Notes: a model not told the origin generated them from the sequence alone. Numbered from the stretch's first letter, positions 36,546 to 46,558 are shown. The stretch is DNA of 64,000 nt from an uncultured SAR86 cluster bacterium (GCA_902627595.1 CACOJO010000003.1:83829-147828); one strand, 5' to 3'. Numbers and translations are program-made.

Positions 36546-38633
36546 ATGAATGATATGAAAGTTATATCCTGTAGCAAAGAAATAGCAGGAAAAAAAGTTA
36601 CATTGGAAACAGGTAAGGTTGCCAGACAAGCAACTGGGTCAGTAATTGCCTCTTCTGGAGATACCAAAGTTTTAGTGACTGTAGTTGCTGGACAAGATAA
36701 ATCTGATCAAGGATTTTTTCCACTCACAGTAAATTACATTGAAAAATTTTATGCGTCAGGAAAAATACCAGGCAGTTTCTTCAGGCGAGAGGGCAGGCCT
36801 TCTGAAAAGGAAGTTCTTACCTCCAGATTAATTGATAGGCCTATAAGACCTCTTTTTCCTAAAGGCTTTGCCAGAGAAGTTCAAATAATTTGTACCGTAT
36901 TGTCTATGGATAAAAATGATGATGCAGATGCCATTTCTATCATAGGCGCATCAGCTGCCCTTCAACTATCGGGACTACCTTTTCAAGGCCCGTTATCTGC
37001 TGCAAAAGTTGGTTTTATAGATGGCAACTATGTTCTTAACCCGTCATTAGATGAGCTTAAAAGTTCTGCTTTAAACATGATGGTTGCAGGATCACAAGAT
37101 GCAATATTTATGGTCGAATCAGAGGCAAAAGAACTTTCTGAAGATCAAATGTTAGGCGCTATTCTTTTTGCTCAAGCTGAAATGAAATCAAGTCTTGAGT
37201 TGATAGAAGAATTAGTCTCTCAAGCAACTATTTCTCCTATTGAGTATGAAGTTAAGGAAGAAGATACGGAATTGAAAGAAAAGATAGAAAGTTTAATTTC
37301 AGTAGAATTGACAGAAGCTTATCAAATTCCTGAAAAAGCAAATAGACAAGAAAAAATTGCTGAACTCAAGGAAAAAGTAAAAACATCTTTTGATAATCCT
37401 GAAGATGAAAAAATTGATGAAGCTCTAAGTCAATTTAAATCATTAGAGTCTGAAATTGTAAGATCAAGATTATTATCTGGTGAATCAAGAATTGATGGAA
37501 GAGATTTGGATACGGTAAGGCCTATATCAATTGAGGCAGGCATTCTTCCACAAGCTCATGGTTCTGCATTATTCACAAGAGGAGAGACCCAATCTATTTC
37601 AGTAGCTACTATTGACTCCTTAAAACTTTCACAATTAATTGACTCATTGCATGGCGATTTAAAAGATCCTTTTATGTTGCACTATAATTTCCCACCTTTT
37701 TCAGTGGGAGAAGCTGGAATGGTCGGTAGCCCTAAGCGAAGAGAAATAGGACACGGAAAACTTGCCAGAAGAGCCTTAGAGGCTGTCTTGCCAAATCCAA
37801 GCGATTTTGAGTATGCGATTAGAGTTGTATCAGAAATCACAGAGTCAAATGGATCAAGCTCAATGGCTACTGTATGTGCTTCAAGTTTAGCAATGATGGA
37901 TGCAGGAATTCCGTTAAAAAAACCTGTGGCTGGTGTTGCAATGGGATTAGTCAAAACTGAAGATAAGCATTGCGTTATTACAGATATATTAGGAGATGAA
38001 GATCATCTTGGAGATATGGATTTCAAAGTAGCGGGAACCGAAGAAGGAGTAACCGCTTTACAAATGGATATAAAAATTGCTGGCATAAATGAACAAATTC
38101 TTGAAGATGCTCTAAGTAAAGCTCATACAGCCAGAAATCATATACTTGGAGAAATGAATAAAGTTTTATCTGAAAGTAGAGCTGAACTTTCTCCATTGGC
38201 ACCACAAGCAATTGAGTTGAAAATTCCAAAAAATAAAATTGGCGAAGTAATTGGTAAAGGCGGAGCTAATATTAAAAAATTAACTGAAGAAACTAATACA
38301 AATATTGACATATCTGACAGCGGACTGGTAAAAGTTTATGGAAGAAGTAAAGAAGAAAGAGAAAATGCCATACAAAAAATTGAGTTTATTACCTCAGATC
38401 CTGAAGTTGGTTTGGTTACTTTAGGCACAGTAGAAAAAATAGTAGATTTTGGCGCTTTTGTTTCTTTCGACAATGGTAGAGAAGGCCTAGTACATATATC
38501 GGAAATCTCAGAGGAAAGAGTAAAAAATATTGCTGACTATCTCGTAGAGGGAGAAGAAGTTGAAATAAAAGTTATAGCCATAGATGATAGAGGTAAAGTA
38601 AAACTCTCCATGAAAGATGTATCATCTGAATAA
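36546..38633 (+). CDS. pnp: polyribonucleotide nucleotidyltransferase (PNPase)
   Basis: 695 aa. Two RNase PH domains, a KH domain (IGKGGANIKKL) and a C-terminal S1 domain. Alternative ATGs lie a few codons in. Confidence 0.95.
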   Translation: MNDMKVISCSKEIAGKKVTLETGKVARQATGSVIASSGDTKVLVTVVAGQDKSDQGFFPLTVNYIEKFYASGKIPGSFFRREGRPSEKEVLTSRLIDRPIRPLFPKGFAREVQIICTVLSMDKNDDADAISIIGASAALQLSGLPFQGPLSAAKVGFIDGNYVLNPSLDELKSSALNMMVAGSQDAIFMVESEAKELSEDQMLGAILFAQAEMKSSLELIEELVSQATISPIEYEVKEEDTELKEKIESLISVELTEAYQIPEKANRQEKIAELKEKVKTSFDNPEDEKIDEALSQFKSLESEIVRSRLLSGESRIDGRDLDTVRPISIEAGILPQAHGSALFTRGETQSISVATIDSLKLSQLIDSLHGDLKDPFMLHYNFPPFSVGEAGMVGSPKRREIGHGKLARRALEAVLPNPSDFEYAIRVVSEITESNGSSSMATVCASSLAMMDAGIPLKKPVAGVAMGLVKTEDKHCVITDILGDEDHLGDMDFKVAGTEEGVTALQMDIKIAGINEQILEDALSKAHTARNHILGEMNKVLSESRAELSPLAPQAIELKIPKNKIGEVIGKGGANIKKLTEETNTNIDISDSGLVKVYGRSKEERENAIQKIEFITSDPEVGLVTLGTVEKIVDFGAFVSFDNGREGLVHISEISEERVKNIADYLVEGEEVEIKVIAIDDRGKVKLSMKDVSSE

Positions 38634-38689
38634 AAATTCTGTTTTAATTAATTTAGAATTTTGCTAAATTAAAAACCTAGGGAGAAAGA

Positions 38690-39103
38690 ATGAACCTATT
38701 AAAAAAAGCTAACGAAAAGTACCTATTTTATGGCTTTATAGCTTTATTTTTAATTGGATGTGCTAATCCAGTATGGTGGTATAGAAGTCCTACATCTGAC
38801 TATACACATTTTGATTTTGATCCTAGCGAACTTAATTGCATAGAGCTGACTGAGCAGGTAATAAGAGTGTCTGCGATTATTTCCGATTTAGCAGCAAAAT
38901 TAACAGAACAAGCTGATAGAGATACGGGGTATGCATCATTTGGTTTCGAAACAAACAATCCAAGAACAGGTCAAAACTTTTTTGGTTTTAGATCAACAGC
39001 TGTTGATCCTAAAGTAGTCGAATACAAAGAAACGCTCGCCGTTTTAGAAGAAATGCAGGTTTTACTTATCGATAACTGCGCTCCAGATCAAGTAGATCCT
39101 TAA
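38690..39103 (+). CDS. hypothetical lipoprotein
   Basis: 137 aa. Has a lipobox (ALFLIGC) after a hydrophobic segment and a GGGAGA Shine-Dalgarno. Two further Cys residues. No family recognised. Occupies the position downstream of pnp held by nlpI in E. coli, but is not TPR-like. Confidence 0.5.
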   Translation: MNLLKKANEKYLFYGFIALFLIGCANPVWWYRSPTSDYTHFDFDPSELNCIELTEQVIRVSAIISDLAAKLTEQADRDTGYASFGFETNNPRTGQNFFGFRSTAVDPKVVEYKETLAVLEEMQVLLIDNCAPDQVDP

Positions 39104-39127
39104 ACCCAAACTCAAATTTTTTTTAAA

Positions 39128-39204
39128 TGGTGGCTATGGGTAGACTTGAACTACCGACCTCAGCATTATGAATGCTGCGCTCTAACCAGCTGAGCTACAT
39201 AGCC
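39128..39204 (-). tRNA. tRNA-Met (anticodon CAT, elongator type), CCA encoded
   Basis: The reverse complement GGCTATGTAGCTCAGCTGGTTAGAGCGCAGCATTCATAATGCTGAGGTCGGTAGTTCAAGTCTACCCATAGCCACCA folds as a cloverleaf. The acceptor GGCTATG resembles E. coli elongator tRNA-Met (GGCTACG). A tRNA-Ile2 (lysidine) identity cannot be excluded from sequence alone. Confidence 0.8.
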
Positions 39205-39247
39205 AAAAAAATGGATTTTGTTTATAGATAGACTAATTGTCAAGACT

Positions 39248-40336
39248 CTAAACATTAAATCTAAATAAAATTATGTCTCCATCTTCCACTTCGTAATCTG
39301 AACCTTCAGATCGCCATTTTCCTTGGGCTTTTGCACCTTGCTCTCCGTCAAATTCTATAAAATCTTCAAAAGACACAGTTTCCGCTCGAATGAACCCTTT
39401 TTTAAAATCTGTATGGATTACTCCCGCAGCATCTGGTGCTTTGGTTCCATTTTTTATTACCCAAGCTCTAGATTCTGATTGACCTGAAGTAAAGAAAGTT
39501 TGCAGCCCTAAAGTTCTAAAAGCAGTTTTTATTAATTTATTAAGACCTGGTTCTTCTAAACCAACGAGATCAATTAGTTCTTGCCTGCTCTCATTTTCAA
39601 GTTCACTTATTTCAAATTCTATTTGGTTACACATTTCAATTAACTGTGAGCCATTTGAAAGTGCCTTTTCCCTTAATTTTTTAAGACCTTCGGTTTCTTC
39701 CATATCCTCATTCAAATTTGCAACAAAGATGACTGGTTTTGCCGAAAGAAGGCCAACTTCAGTTGCAAAAGTTTTGTTTTCTTCATCTTGTAAATATTCA
39801 AAAAGAGTATCTCCTTTTTTGAGAATAGTTAAAATATCTTCTATTCTCGAAAGATCTTTCAATAAATCCTTATTACCACTTTTTGCCTTTCTAACAATTT
39901 TCTCTTTTGTTTTCTCTAAAGACTCTATATCTGACAAGATCAATTCCATTTCTATGATTTCAACATCTGAAATTGGATCTACTATTTCATTCACATGAGT
40001 AACCTCATTATCTTCAAAACACCTGACAACATGAATTATTGTTTGAGTCTCTCTTATGTGGCCTAAAAATTTATTTCCTAAACCCTCTCCTTTTGATGCA
40101 CCCTCAACTAAACCGGCAATATCGACAAATTCGACAGTGGCAGGAATAACTTTTTCTGAGTTAGATATTTTTGAAATTTTACTCAATCTTTCGTCAGGTA
40201 ATTCAACTATCCCATGATTAGGCTCTATCGTACAAAAAGGAAAGTTTTCTGCAGCTATTTTTGAGGCAGTGAGGGCATTGAATAGCGTTGATTTACCGAC
40301 ATTAGGCAAGCCAACAATTCCACATTTTAAAGACAT
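39248..40336 (-). CDS. ychF: ribosome-binding ATPase YchF
   Basis: 362 aa. Has the G1 motif GIVGLPNVGKST, DIAGLV and a C-terminal TGS-like domain. pth-ychF synteny. Confidence 0.95.
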   Translation of the reverse strand: MSLKCGIVGLPNVGKSTLFNALTASKIAAENFPFCTIEPNHGIVELPDERLSKISKISNSEKVIPATVEFVDIAGLVEGASKGEGLGNKFLGHIRETQTIIHVVRCFEDNEVTHVNEIVDPISDVEIIEMELILSDIESLEKTKEKIVRKAKSGNKDLLKDLSRIEDILTILKKGDTLFEYLQDEENKTFATEVGLLSAKPVIFVANLNEDMEETEGLKKLREKALSNGSQLIEMCNQIEFEISELENESRQELIDLVGLEEPGLNKLIKTAFRTLGLQTFFTSGQSESRAWVIKNGTKAPDAAGVIHTDFKKGFIRAETVSFEDFIEFDGEQGAKAQGKWRSEGSDYEVEDGDIILFRFNV

Positions 40337-40905
40337 TAGTTGTTCAGTTTATTTAAGGCTGTATCCCAATCCTCTTTTATAATAAATTCTATGACAGATA
40401 GACCTTTATCAATGCAGTGTAAACGATCTAACTTTTCCCCTTTTTTCCCTTTCTGAATTACGTACTTATTCACTTTTTTCTTATCACCTGGGTGATCAAT
40501 TCCAATTCTAATTCTTTTAAATTCTTGTGATCCTAGATTTTTAAAAATACTTTTCAAACCATTGTGACCACCATGTCCTCCGCCTGCTTTTAATTTTATT
40601 ACTCCAGACTTCAAATCAAGATCATCATGAATAACAATAATATTTTCTATATTTATATTAAATTTATTTTTTAATAACTTTAAAGTTACTCCGCTATGAT
40701 TCATAAAAATAGTGGGGACTGCAAAAATAACTTTTTTATCTTGGACAACTACTTCTGCCAAAAAGGATTTTAGAGTTTTCTTTTCTATTAAGTCAAAAGA
40801 GTATTTTTTCTGAGCTTCAAGGATGAAGTCTGTTCCAACATTATGTCTAGTATTGGAATATCTTGGACCCGGGTTACCTAGGCCAACGACTAGAAAAGAA
40901 CTCAT
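40336..40905 (-). CDS. pth: peptidyl-tRNA hydrolase
   Basis: 189 aa. Has GLGNPG..Y..TRHN.G and GHNGLKS motifs. Its stop overlaps the ychF start by 1 nt. Confidence 0.9.
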   Translation of the reverse strand: MSSFLVVGLGNPGPRYSNTRHNVGTDFILEAQKKYSFDLIEKKTLKSFLAEVVVQDKKVIFAVPTIFMNHSGVTLKLLKNKFNINIENIIVIHDDLDLKSGVIKLKAGGGHGGHNGLKSIFKNLGSQEFKRIRIGIDHPGDKKKVNKYVIQKGKKGEKLDRLHCIDKGLSVIEFIIKEDWDTALNKLNN

Positions 40906-40920
40906 GAAAACTTAGGAAAG

Positions 40921-41619
40921 TTAGTCTTTAGCCTCTTCCTCAGAGCTACTCTCATCAGTAGTATCTTTAGTTTCAGACGTCTCATCGGCAGACTCTTCAG
41001 ATTCGTCTTGTTCGTCTTCAGAAGGCTCATCGTCAATATCAAGAGCTGCTCGAGTAACGTTCACACTTGCAACAGGTTGGTCTTGATTGTTAAGAATGTT
41101 AGTACTTAGAGAAACTCCTTCAGGAAGGATAATTTGAGACTGCATAACGTTTGAACCTATTTCTAGATCTTTCATATCAATCTCAATGAATTCTGGAAGA
41201 TTTTGAGCATTACAAGTCAATTCAATTTCATTTTTAAGATGTGAAATCATCCCACCTTGTTGTTTCACTCCGATACAAACCTCTTCATTAATGAATTTTA
41301 GAGGCACATTAATCGTGATGTTAGTTTTTCCACTAACGGCTTGAAAATCGACGTGGATCGGTCTGTCATTAGAAGGGTTTACCTGAACCTCTTTCAAAAT
41401 AACTTTTATGACACCATCATTTTGATTCAACTCGATCACTTGAGAAAAAATACTCGGATTTTCAAGGATTTTTACTAAATCTTTTTCTAAAATTTTAACT
41501 AGTTTAGGAACATTTTCTTGACCATAAACTATTGCAGGAATCTCTCCTGATTTTCTCAAGATTTTTGCTGAAATATTATTTTTTCTTATTTCGGCAGATA
41601 TAGATGTTGATTCACTCAT
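40921..41619 (-). CDS. rplY: 50S ribosomal protein L25 (Ctc form) with long acidic C-terminal tail
   Basis: 232 aa. Has the L25/Ctc N- and beta-domains (RKSGEIPAIVYG). Lies between prs and pth. The last approx. 40 aa are rich in Asp, Glu and Ser. Confidence 0.85.
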   Translation of the reverse strand: MSESTSISAEIRKNNISAKILRKSGEIPAIVYGQENVPKLVKILEKDLVKILENPSIFSQVIELNQNDGVIKVILKEVQVNPSNDRPIHVDFQAVSGKTNITINVPLKFINEEVCIGVKQQGGMISHLKNEIELTCNAQNLPEFIEIDMKDLEIGSNVMQSQIILPEGVSLSTNILNNQDQPVASVNVTRAALDIDDEPSEDEQDESEESADETSETKDTTDESSSEEEAKD

Positions 41620-41621
41620 TA

Positions 41622-42575
41622 TTATAAAAACATTTGGCTAATGGATTCTTCTTTATTAACCCTATTTATAGCCTCGGCTATAGTTTTATCCATAGAAATG
41701 GTTTTAATCTTTTTAGTCGATGAAGCCATTTCTGAAAGCGGAATTGTATCAGTAACTATTAATTCGTCTAGTCTTGAATTACTAATATTTTTTAAAGCAT
41801 CTCCAGAAAGAACTGCATGAGTAGCATAACTGACGACCTTTTTAGCACCTGACTCCTTTAAAGCTTCAGCAGCATTACAAATTGTTCCAGCCGTATCAAT
41901 AATATCGTCAACAAGAATACATGTTTTGTCTTTTACATCTCCAATAACGTTCATGACCTGAGATTGATTTTCCTTTTCTCTTCTTTTATCAATTATTGCT
42001 AAATCGGCGTCATCTAAAAACTTAGCCAATGCTCTTGCTCTTACAACTCCTCCAACATCAGGAGAAACCACCATTTGATTTTTATATTTTGTCTTAACAA
42101 TATGATCAAAAATTACGCTTGTCCCATAAACATTATCAACTGGAATATTGAAGAAGCCTTGAATTTGATCAGAGTGCAGTTCGATAGTAAGAACTCTGTT
42201 AGCTCCGGCACTTTGCAACATATCTGCAACTAATTTTGCACTTATCGGAACTCTTTCGGATCTAACTCTCCGATCTTGTCGAGCATATCCAAAATAAGGT
42301 ATCACAGCTGTAATTCTTGATGCTGATGCGCGTCTCAAAGCATCAATCATGATGATCAATTCCATTAGATTATCATTTGCTGGAAAACAAGTAGACTGAA
42401 CTATGAAAACATCCTTTCCTCTAACGTTTTCTTCAATTTTGATATTCATCTCTTGATCGCTAAATCTCGCCACAGTCGCTTTCCCAAGTGGTTTATTGAG
42501 TTTTTTAACGATTTTATTTGCTAGGCCAGGATTAGAATTTCCGGAGAAAATGACTAAGTTGTTTTTAGAATTCAT
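41622..42575 (-). CDS. prs: ribose-phosphate pyrophosphokinase
   Basis: Motifs [21 protein letters not shown] and [13 protein letters not shown] start it at the ATG at 42575 (MNSKNN...) because the 12 extra codons of the listed ORF overlap tRNA-Gln. Confidence 0.9.
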   Translation of the reverse strand: MNSKNNLVIFSGNSNPGLANKIVKKLNKPLGKATVARFSDQEMNIKIEENVRGKDVFIVQSTCFPANDNLMELIIMIDALRRASASRITAVIPYFGYARQDRRVRSERVPISAKLVADMLQSAGANRVLTIELHSDQIQGFFNIPVDNVYGTSVIFDHIVKTKYKNQMVVSPDVGGVVRARALAKFLDDADLAIIDKRREKENQSQVMNVIGDVKDKTCILVDDIIDTAGTICNAAEALKESGAKKVVSYATHAVLSGDALKNISNSRLDELIVTDTIPLSEMASSTKKIKTISMDKTIAEAINRVNKEESISQMFL

Positions 42576-42584
42576 TTTTATTTT

Positions 42585-42659
42585 TGGCTGGGGTGGATGG
42601 ATTCGAACCATCGCATGGCGGCATCAAAAGCCGCTGCCTTACCGCTTGGCTACACCCCA
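42585..42659 (-). tRNA. tRNA-Gln (anticodon TTG), CCA encoded
   Basis: The reverse complement TGGGGTGTAGCCAAGCGGTAAGGCAGCGGCTTTTGATGCCGCCATGCGATGGTTCGAATCCATCCACCCCAGCCA is 75 nt and colinear with E. coli tRNA-Gln. Lies between ispE and prs as in Pseudomonas. Confidence 0.9.
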
Positions 42660-43465
42660 GAATTAAGCAGTTCATTTAATAAAGGCGATTTGTTAATAGT
42701 ATTAGTAATAACATATGCTAATTTACTTGGTGCATTATCCATTATTTCCTTTCCCTCTTCAAAAGAATTAATTTTTGTGAATATGCTACTTCCTGTTCCA
42801 GAGATGTTTACTTCTTTATTCTCACTTAAAAAATCAAATGCTTCTTTGACCTGAGGATAATTAAACAAAACCCACTCTTCAAAAAAGTTTCCTTTTATCT
42901 TATCTTTTTTATTTGAAATTTCCTCCAATGTTGCAGCGTTATAAGCATCTTTTGTGGATATTGAACATTTAGGAAATAGAATCATGACTAGATCTTCTGG
43001 AAATTCTTCAGGTTCAATTATCTCTCCTATTCCTGAGACTCTTCCAGAAAGACCTTTTAAAAAAAATGGTATATCCGACCCTAAGGATTTTCCTAGGTCC
43101 ACTAAAGCATCTAAGGATAAATTGAGTTTTGCGAGACTATTAACTGCTAGCATTGCAGTTGCCGCATTGGAACTTCCACCTCCAAGTCCAGAGCCAAGAG
43201 GGATGTTTTTCTCAATTTTTACTGAATAATTAAGTTTGGTATCACAAAAGGACTCAATTTTTTTCAAAGCTTGAGTAACTAAGTTTTCTTCTTGAGATAC
43301 CTGAATTTTTGTTGTTGAAACTGATAGTTTATTTGAAGAAGAAATTTTGATTTTGTCTCCCCAATTTAAAAATTGAAAATCTGAATCTATATCATGGAAG
43401 CCATCCGATCTCTTTTTAATAATTTTCAAAGATAAATTAATTTTTGCTGGAGAACTAAATATCAT
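42650..43465 (-). CDS. ispE: 4-diphosphocytidyl-2-C-methyl-D-erythritol kinase
   Basis: 271 aa. Has PAKINL and the GHMP kinase loop PLGSGLGGGSSNAA. The last approx. 10 nt overlap the tRNA-Gln 5' end. Confidence 0.85.
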   Translation of the reverse strand: MIFSSPAKINLSLKIIKKRSDGFHDIDSDFQFLNWGDKIKISSSNKLSVSTTKIQVSQEENLVTQALKKIESFCDTKLNYSVKIEKNIPLGSGLGGGSSNAATAMLAVNSLAKLNLSLDALVDLGKSLGSDIPFFLKGLSGRVSGIGEIIEPEEFPEDLVMILFPKCSISTKDAYNAATLEEISNKKDKIKGNFFEEWVLFNYPQVKEAFDFLSENKEVNISGTGSSIFTKINSFEEGKEIMDNAPSKLAYVITNTINKSPLLNELLNSGV

Positions 43466-43895
43466 TGAGTTTAAGTGACAATCTAAATTTATGAAAATTT
43501 CCTTGAATAATTAGACCTGATTTATTTGATAAATGCTTTTTTAGTTTAAGATTTTGCAAGGTAAAATTTTGACATTCGATATTTGTACATTTGGAAAAGA
43601 ACCATTTAAGAAATAACTTAAAATCAGTTTTTTTTATGATGTTTTTGTATTTAAAGTTAGTTTTGATTTCTTCATCTATAAACGAAATTTTAAAGTCTTT
43701 ACTCAAATTATCTAAATTCAATTGAATTCTCTTCTCTAAGTTACTCACATATATGGTTCCTGAGAAATATTCAGAATTAGAAGCAAGAGAAAACTTACCT
43801 TTTTTTGAAAAAATATCCTCTTTAATTTCGATTGCCGCACAAGAAAAGAGAAAAAAAACTAATAAAAGATACCAAGCTAAAAACGATTTTTTCAT
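43455..43895 (-). CDS. lolB: outer-membrane lipoprotein LolB-like (short)
   Basis: 146 aa. Has a lipobox (FFLFSC). Lies upstream of ispE in the conserved lolB-ispE-prs order. Similarity is weak (GKFSLAS..., RLSLKLND versus E. coli RIKLKMDNW). About 60 aa shorter than E. coli LolB. Confidence 0.5.
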   Translation of the reverse strand: MKKSFLAWYLLLVFFLFSCAAIEIKEDIFSKKGKFSLASNSEYFSGTIYVSNLEKRIQLNLDNLSKDFKISFIDEEIKTNFKYKNIIKKTDFKLFLKWFFSKCTNIECQNFTLQNLKLKKHLSNKSGLIIQGNFHKFRLSLKLNDI

Positions 43896-43926
43896 ATGAA
43901 AGCAGACTAGATACTATAATAGTTTT

Positions 43927-45018
43927 ATGCTGGAGTCGGTAAAAAAGAAACTAGAAGAAATTCAAATAAAATTTTCCCAACTGGAATCTGAGCTATCAAA
44001 GCCGGAAACAATAGAAAATCAAAAGAAGTTTACGTCTATTTCAAAAGAATATTCAAACCTGAAACCTATTGTCGATAGCTTTAGCGAATTTAAATCAGTT
44101 GAGGAAAATATCGAGGAATCAAATCAACTTTTGGAAGATTCGGATAGTGAAATTAGAGTCTTAGCTCAAGAAGAACTAGAAAGTCTCAAAAATAAAAAAG
44201 ATTCGTTAGAAGAAAATTTAAAAAAAATGCTATTACCAAAAGATCCAAATGACGAAAAAAATGCATTTATAGAAATTCGTGCTGGTACTGGAGGCGATGA
44301 AGCAGGGCTGTTTACTGGCGATTTGTTTAGGATGTTTTCCAGACTATCAGAAAGACGCAAATGGCAAATAGAAATCATTAGCTCCAGAGAAAGCGAAAAA
44401 GGAGGTTTCAAAGAAATAGTATCTAAAATTACTGGAAGAGGTGCTTATGGTTTTCTCAAATATGAATCAGGAATACACAGAGTTCAAAGAGTTCCAGAAA
44501 CCGAATCGCAGGGCAGAATTCATACTTCAGCATGTTCAGTAGCCGTCCTGCCGGAGGCAGATGAACAAGAAAACATAAACATTGATAAGTCAGAAATTAG
44601 AGTTGATACTTTTAGAGCATCTGGCGCAGGAGGACAGCACGTTAATAAAACTGATTCCGCAGTTAGATTGACACATATTCCATCTGGCATCGTTGTTGAG
44701 TGTCAGGATGGAAGATCGCAACATAAGAATAAAGAAAAAGCTATGTCACTACTTCAGAGTAAATTGAATGAGGCTGCCTTAGAAGAACAAGCTAAAGAAT
44801 TAGACTCTCAAAGAAAGATTATGGTTGGAAGTGGCGATAGGTCAGAAAAAATTAGAACTTATAATTTTCCTCAAAGCAGAGTTACTGATCACAGAATAGA
44901 ATTTTCTTTACATAATTTGGAAGAATTTTTAGATGGCGACATGGAAATTATGCTATCGGCCTTAACAGAAGAGAATGAAGCAAAAAAACTTATTAACTTA
45001 GAAAATGAACCTACCTGA
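43927..45018 (+). CDS. prfA: peptide chain release factor 1
   Basis: 363 aa. Has the PxT tripeptide context (VPETESQGRIHTS) and GGQ (SGAGGQHVNKT). Confidence 0.95.
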   Translation: MLESVKKKLEEIQIKFSQLESELSKPETIENQKKFTSISKEYSNLKPIVDSFSEFKSVEENIEESNQLLEDSDSEIRVLAQEELESLKNKKDSLEENLKKMLLPKDPNDEKNAFIEIRAGTGGDEAGLFTGDLFRMFSRLSERRKWQIEIISSRESEKGGFKEIVSKITGRGAYGFLKYESGIHRVQRVPETESQGRIHTSACSVAVLPEADEQENINIDKSEIRVDTFRASGAGGQHVNKTDSAVRLTHIPSGIVVECQDGRSQHKNKEKAMSLLQSKLNEAALEEQAKELDSQRKIMVGSGDRSEKIRTYNFPQSRVTDHRIEFSLHNLEEFLDGDMEIMLSALTEENEAKKLINLENEPT

Positions 45019-45827
45019 TGCTTCTCAAGGATAAGTTAATAGAAACTAAAAACAAAATTGATAGCCTTGATGCTGAAATTATTTTTCAACATGTTCTCAA
45101 AATTGATAAAGCAAAAATTTATTCAGATATTAAAAAAGAAATTGATAAAAAAGATTTAAGCTCCATTGACCTAATGGTTGAAGAGAGATTAAAAGGGAAA
45201 CCACTAGCTTATTTAATCGGAAATAAAGGGTTTTGGAAAAATAGTTTTATTATCACTCCAGATGTCCTTGTTCCGCGTCCAGAAACTGAAACATTGGTAG
45301 ATGCAATTCTCAATGAAAATCTACAAGGCAAAACTCTTCTTGAGCTTGGAACAGGGTCTGGAGCGATTTCTATATCTATCGCTCAAGAAAATAAAGATTG
45401 TTTTATCTTTGCAACAGATATTTCTATTAAAAGTATCTTGGTTGCAAAACAAAATGCAGCGAAGTTTTGGTGCGATAACATAATTTTCTTAAATCACGAC
45501 TGGAATAATGAATGGCTTTTTCCTCAGGTAGATTATCTAATTTCTAATCCTCCTTATGTAGATAAAGAGGCAACTACTGGAAAAGAAGAAGGAATCTGGC
45601 ATGAACCAGAAAAAGCTTTATTTTCTAAAGATAAAGGCCTATTTGATCTAAAATTAATTTTATCTAAAGGAAAAAATTTTTTAAATGAAAATGGTAAAGT
45701 CTATTTAGAACATGCTCCTGATCAATACGAAGAATTAAATAAATTTGCCCTGGAAAATGGGTATCTTAATTTTTCGAATTTAAATGATTTAAATGGAGAT
45801 AAAAGAGTTTCGATTTATCAATGTTAA
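45018..45827 (+). CDS. prmC: release factor glutamine N5-methyltransferase
   Basis: 269 aa. Has the SAM motif LELGTGSGAI and the NPPY motif (ISNPPYV). Its ATG overlaps the prfA TGA. Confidence 0.85.
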   Translation: MLLKDKLIETKNKIDSLDAEIIFQHVLKIDKAKIYSDIKKEIDKKDLSSIDLMVEERLKGKPLAYLIGNKGFWKNSFIITPDVLVPRPETETLVDAILNENLQGKTLLELGTGSGAISISIAQENKDCFIFATDISIKSILVAKQNAAKFWCDNIIFLNHDWNNEWLFPQVDYLISNPPYVDKEATTGKEEGIWHEPEKALFSKDKGLFDLKLILSKGKNFLNENGKVYLEHAPDQYEELNKFALENGYLNFSNLNDLNGDKRVSIYQC

Positions 45828-46558
45828 AAGAAGAATTATTAAGATATAGCAGACATATTATGTTGCCTGAAATAGACATTGAAGGGCAGGAAAAAATTAA
45901 CGGTATGTCGTTGGCATTTATAGGCATGGGTGGCTTGGGATGCTCTGCCTCACTTTATTCAGCTTTATCTGGATTCGGTAAAATCAAAATAATAGACTTT
46001 GACTTTGTAGAAGCTTCAAACTTACAAAGGCAAATTCTTTTTGATGAAAATGACTTATCAAAAAATAAAGCTACTACCTCAGTAAAAAAATTATCTCAAT
46101 TAAATCCTTTTGTTGAGCTAACAGGATTAGAGGAAAAAGTTGATTCTGCAAACATCAAACATCTTCTGAAGGATTCAGAAATAATTCTTGATTGCTCAGA
46201 CAATTTTGAAACAAGAAAAATTGTAAATAGATATTGCGTAAAATATAACAAAATTCTTATTTCCGGATCTTCTATTGCTTGGAAAGGACAACTGGGCTGC
46301 TTTGATTTAAGAGATACTATGAATTCCTGCTATGAGTGTTTATTTGAAGATCTCGAGAACGAAGATTTGTCATGCAGAGAGTCTGCGATTGCTTCTCCGT
46401 TAGTTGGAGCCATAGGTTCTTTAATGGCAATTGAAGTGATAAAAGCGACTATAGAAAAAAATTTTGAGTCATATTTTATGATTTTTGATTCGTTGAAAGG
46501 AATTTTTAAAAGAGTTGATATTCATAAAAATCCAGAATGTAGGATCTGTAGAATCTAA
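45821..46558 (+). CDS. moeB: MoeB/ThiF-family adenylyltransferase
   Basis: 245 aa. Has RYSRHI, the GMGGLGC nucleotide loop and two CxxC pairs (CYEC, CRIC). prfA-prmC-moeB order as in Pseudomonas. Confidence 0.7.
   Translation: MLKEELLRYSRHIMLPEIDIEGQEKINGMSLAFIGMGGLGCSASLYSALSGFGKIKIIDFDFVEASNLQRQILFDENDLSKNKATTSVKKLSQLNPFVELTGLEEKVDSANIKHLLKDSEIILDCSDNFETRKIVNRYCVKYNKILISGSSIAWKGQLGCFDLRDTMNSCYECLFEDLENEDLSCRESAIASPLVGAIGSLMAIEVIKATIEKNFESYFMIFDSLKGIFKRVDIHKNPECRICRI

Noticed and set aside
38634-38689. AAATTCT...AGAATTT inverted repeat after pnp, as a terminator.
   Set aside because: The stem is 7 bp and all-AT-rich with a 14-nt loop and no clear T tract, so it is not convincing as an intrinsic terminator.
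39205-39247. Minus-strand TTGACA (complement of 39238-39243) upstream of tRNA-Met, as its promoter.
   Set aside because: The -35 is perfect, but the best -10 at 17-nt spacing is only CAAAAT. This is plausible but too weak to list as a feature.
42576-42611. 12-codon N-terminal extension of prs in the ORF track ([12 protein letters not shown]...), together with the 42597..42854 plus-strand ORF.
   Set aside because: The extension is the reverse complement of tRNA-Gln (42585..42659). The prs homology starts at the ATG at 42575. The plus-strand ORF is antisense to ispE and the tRNA.
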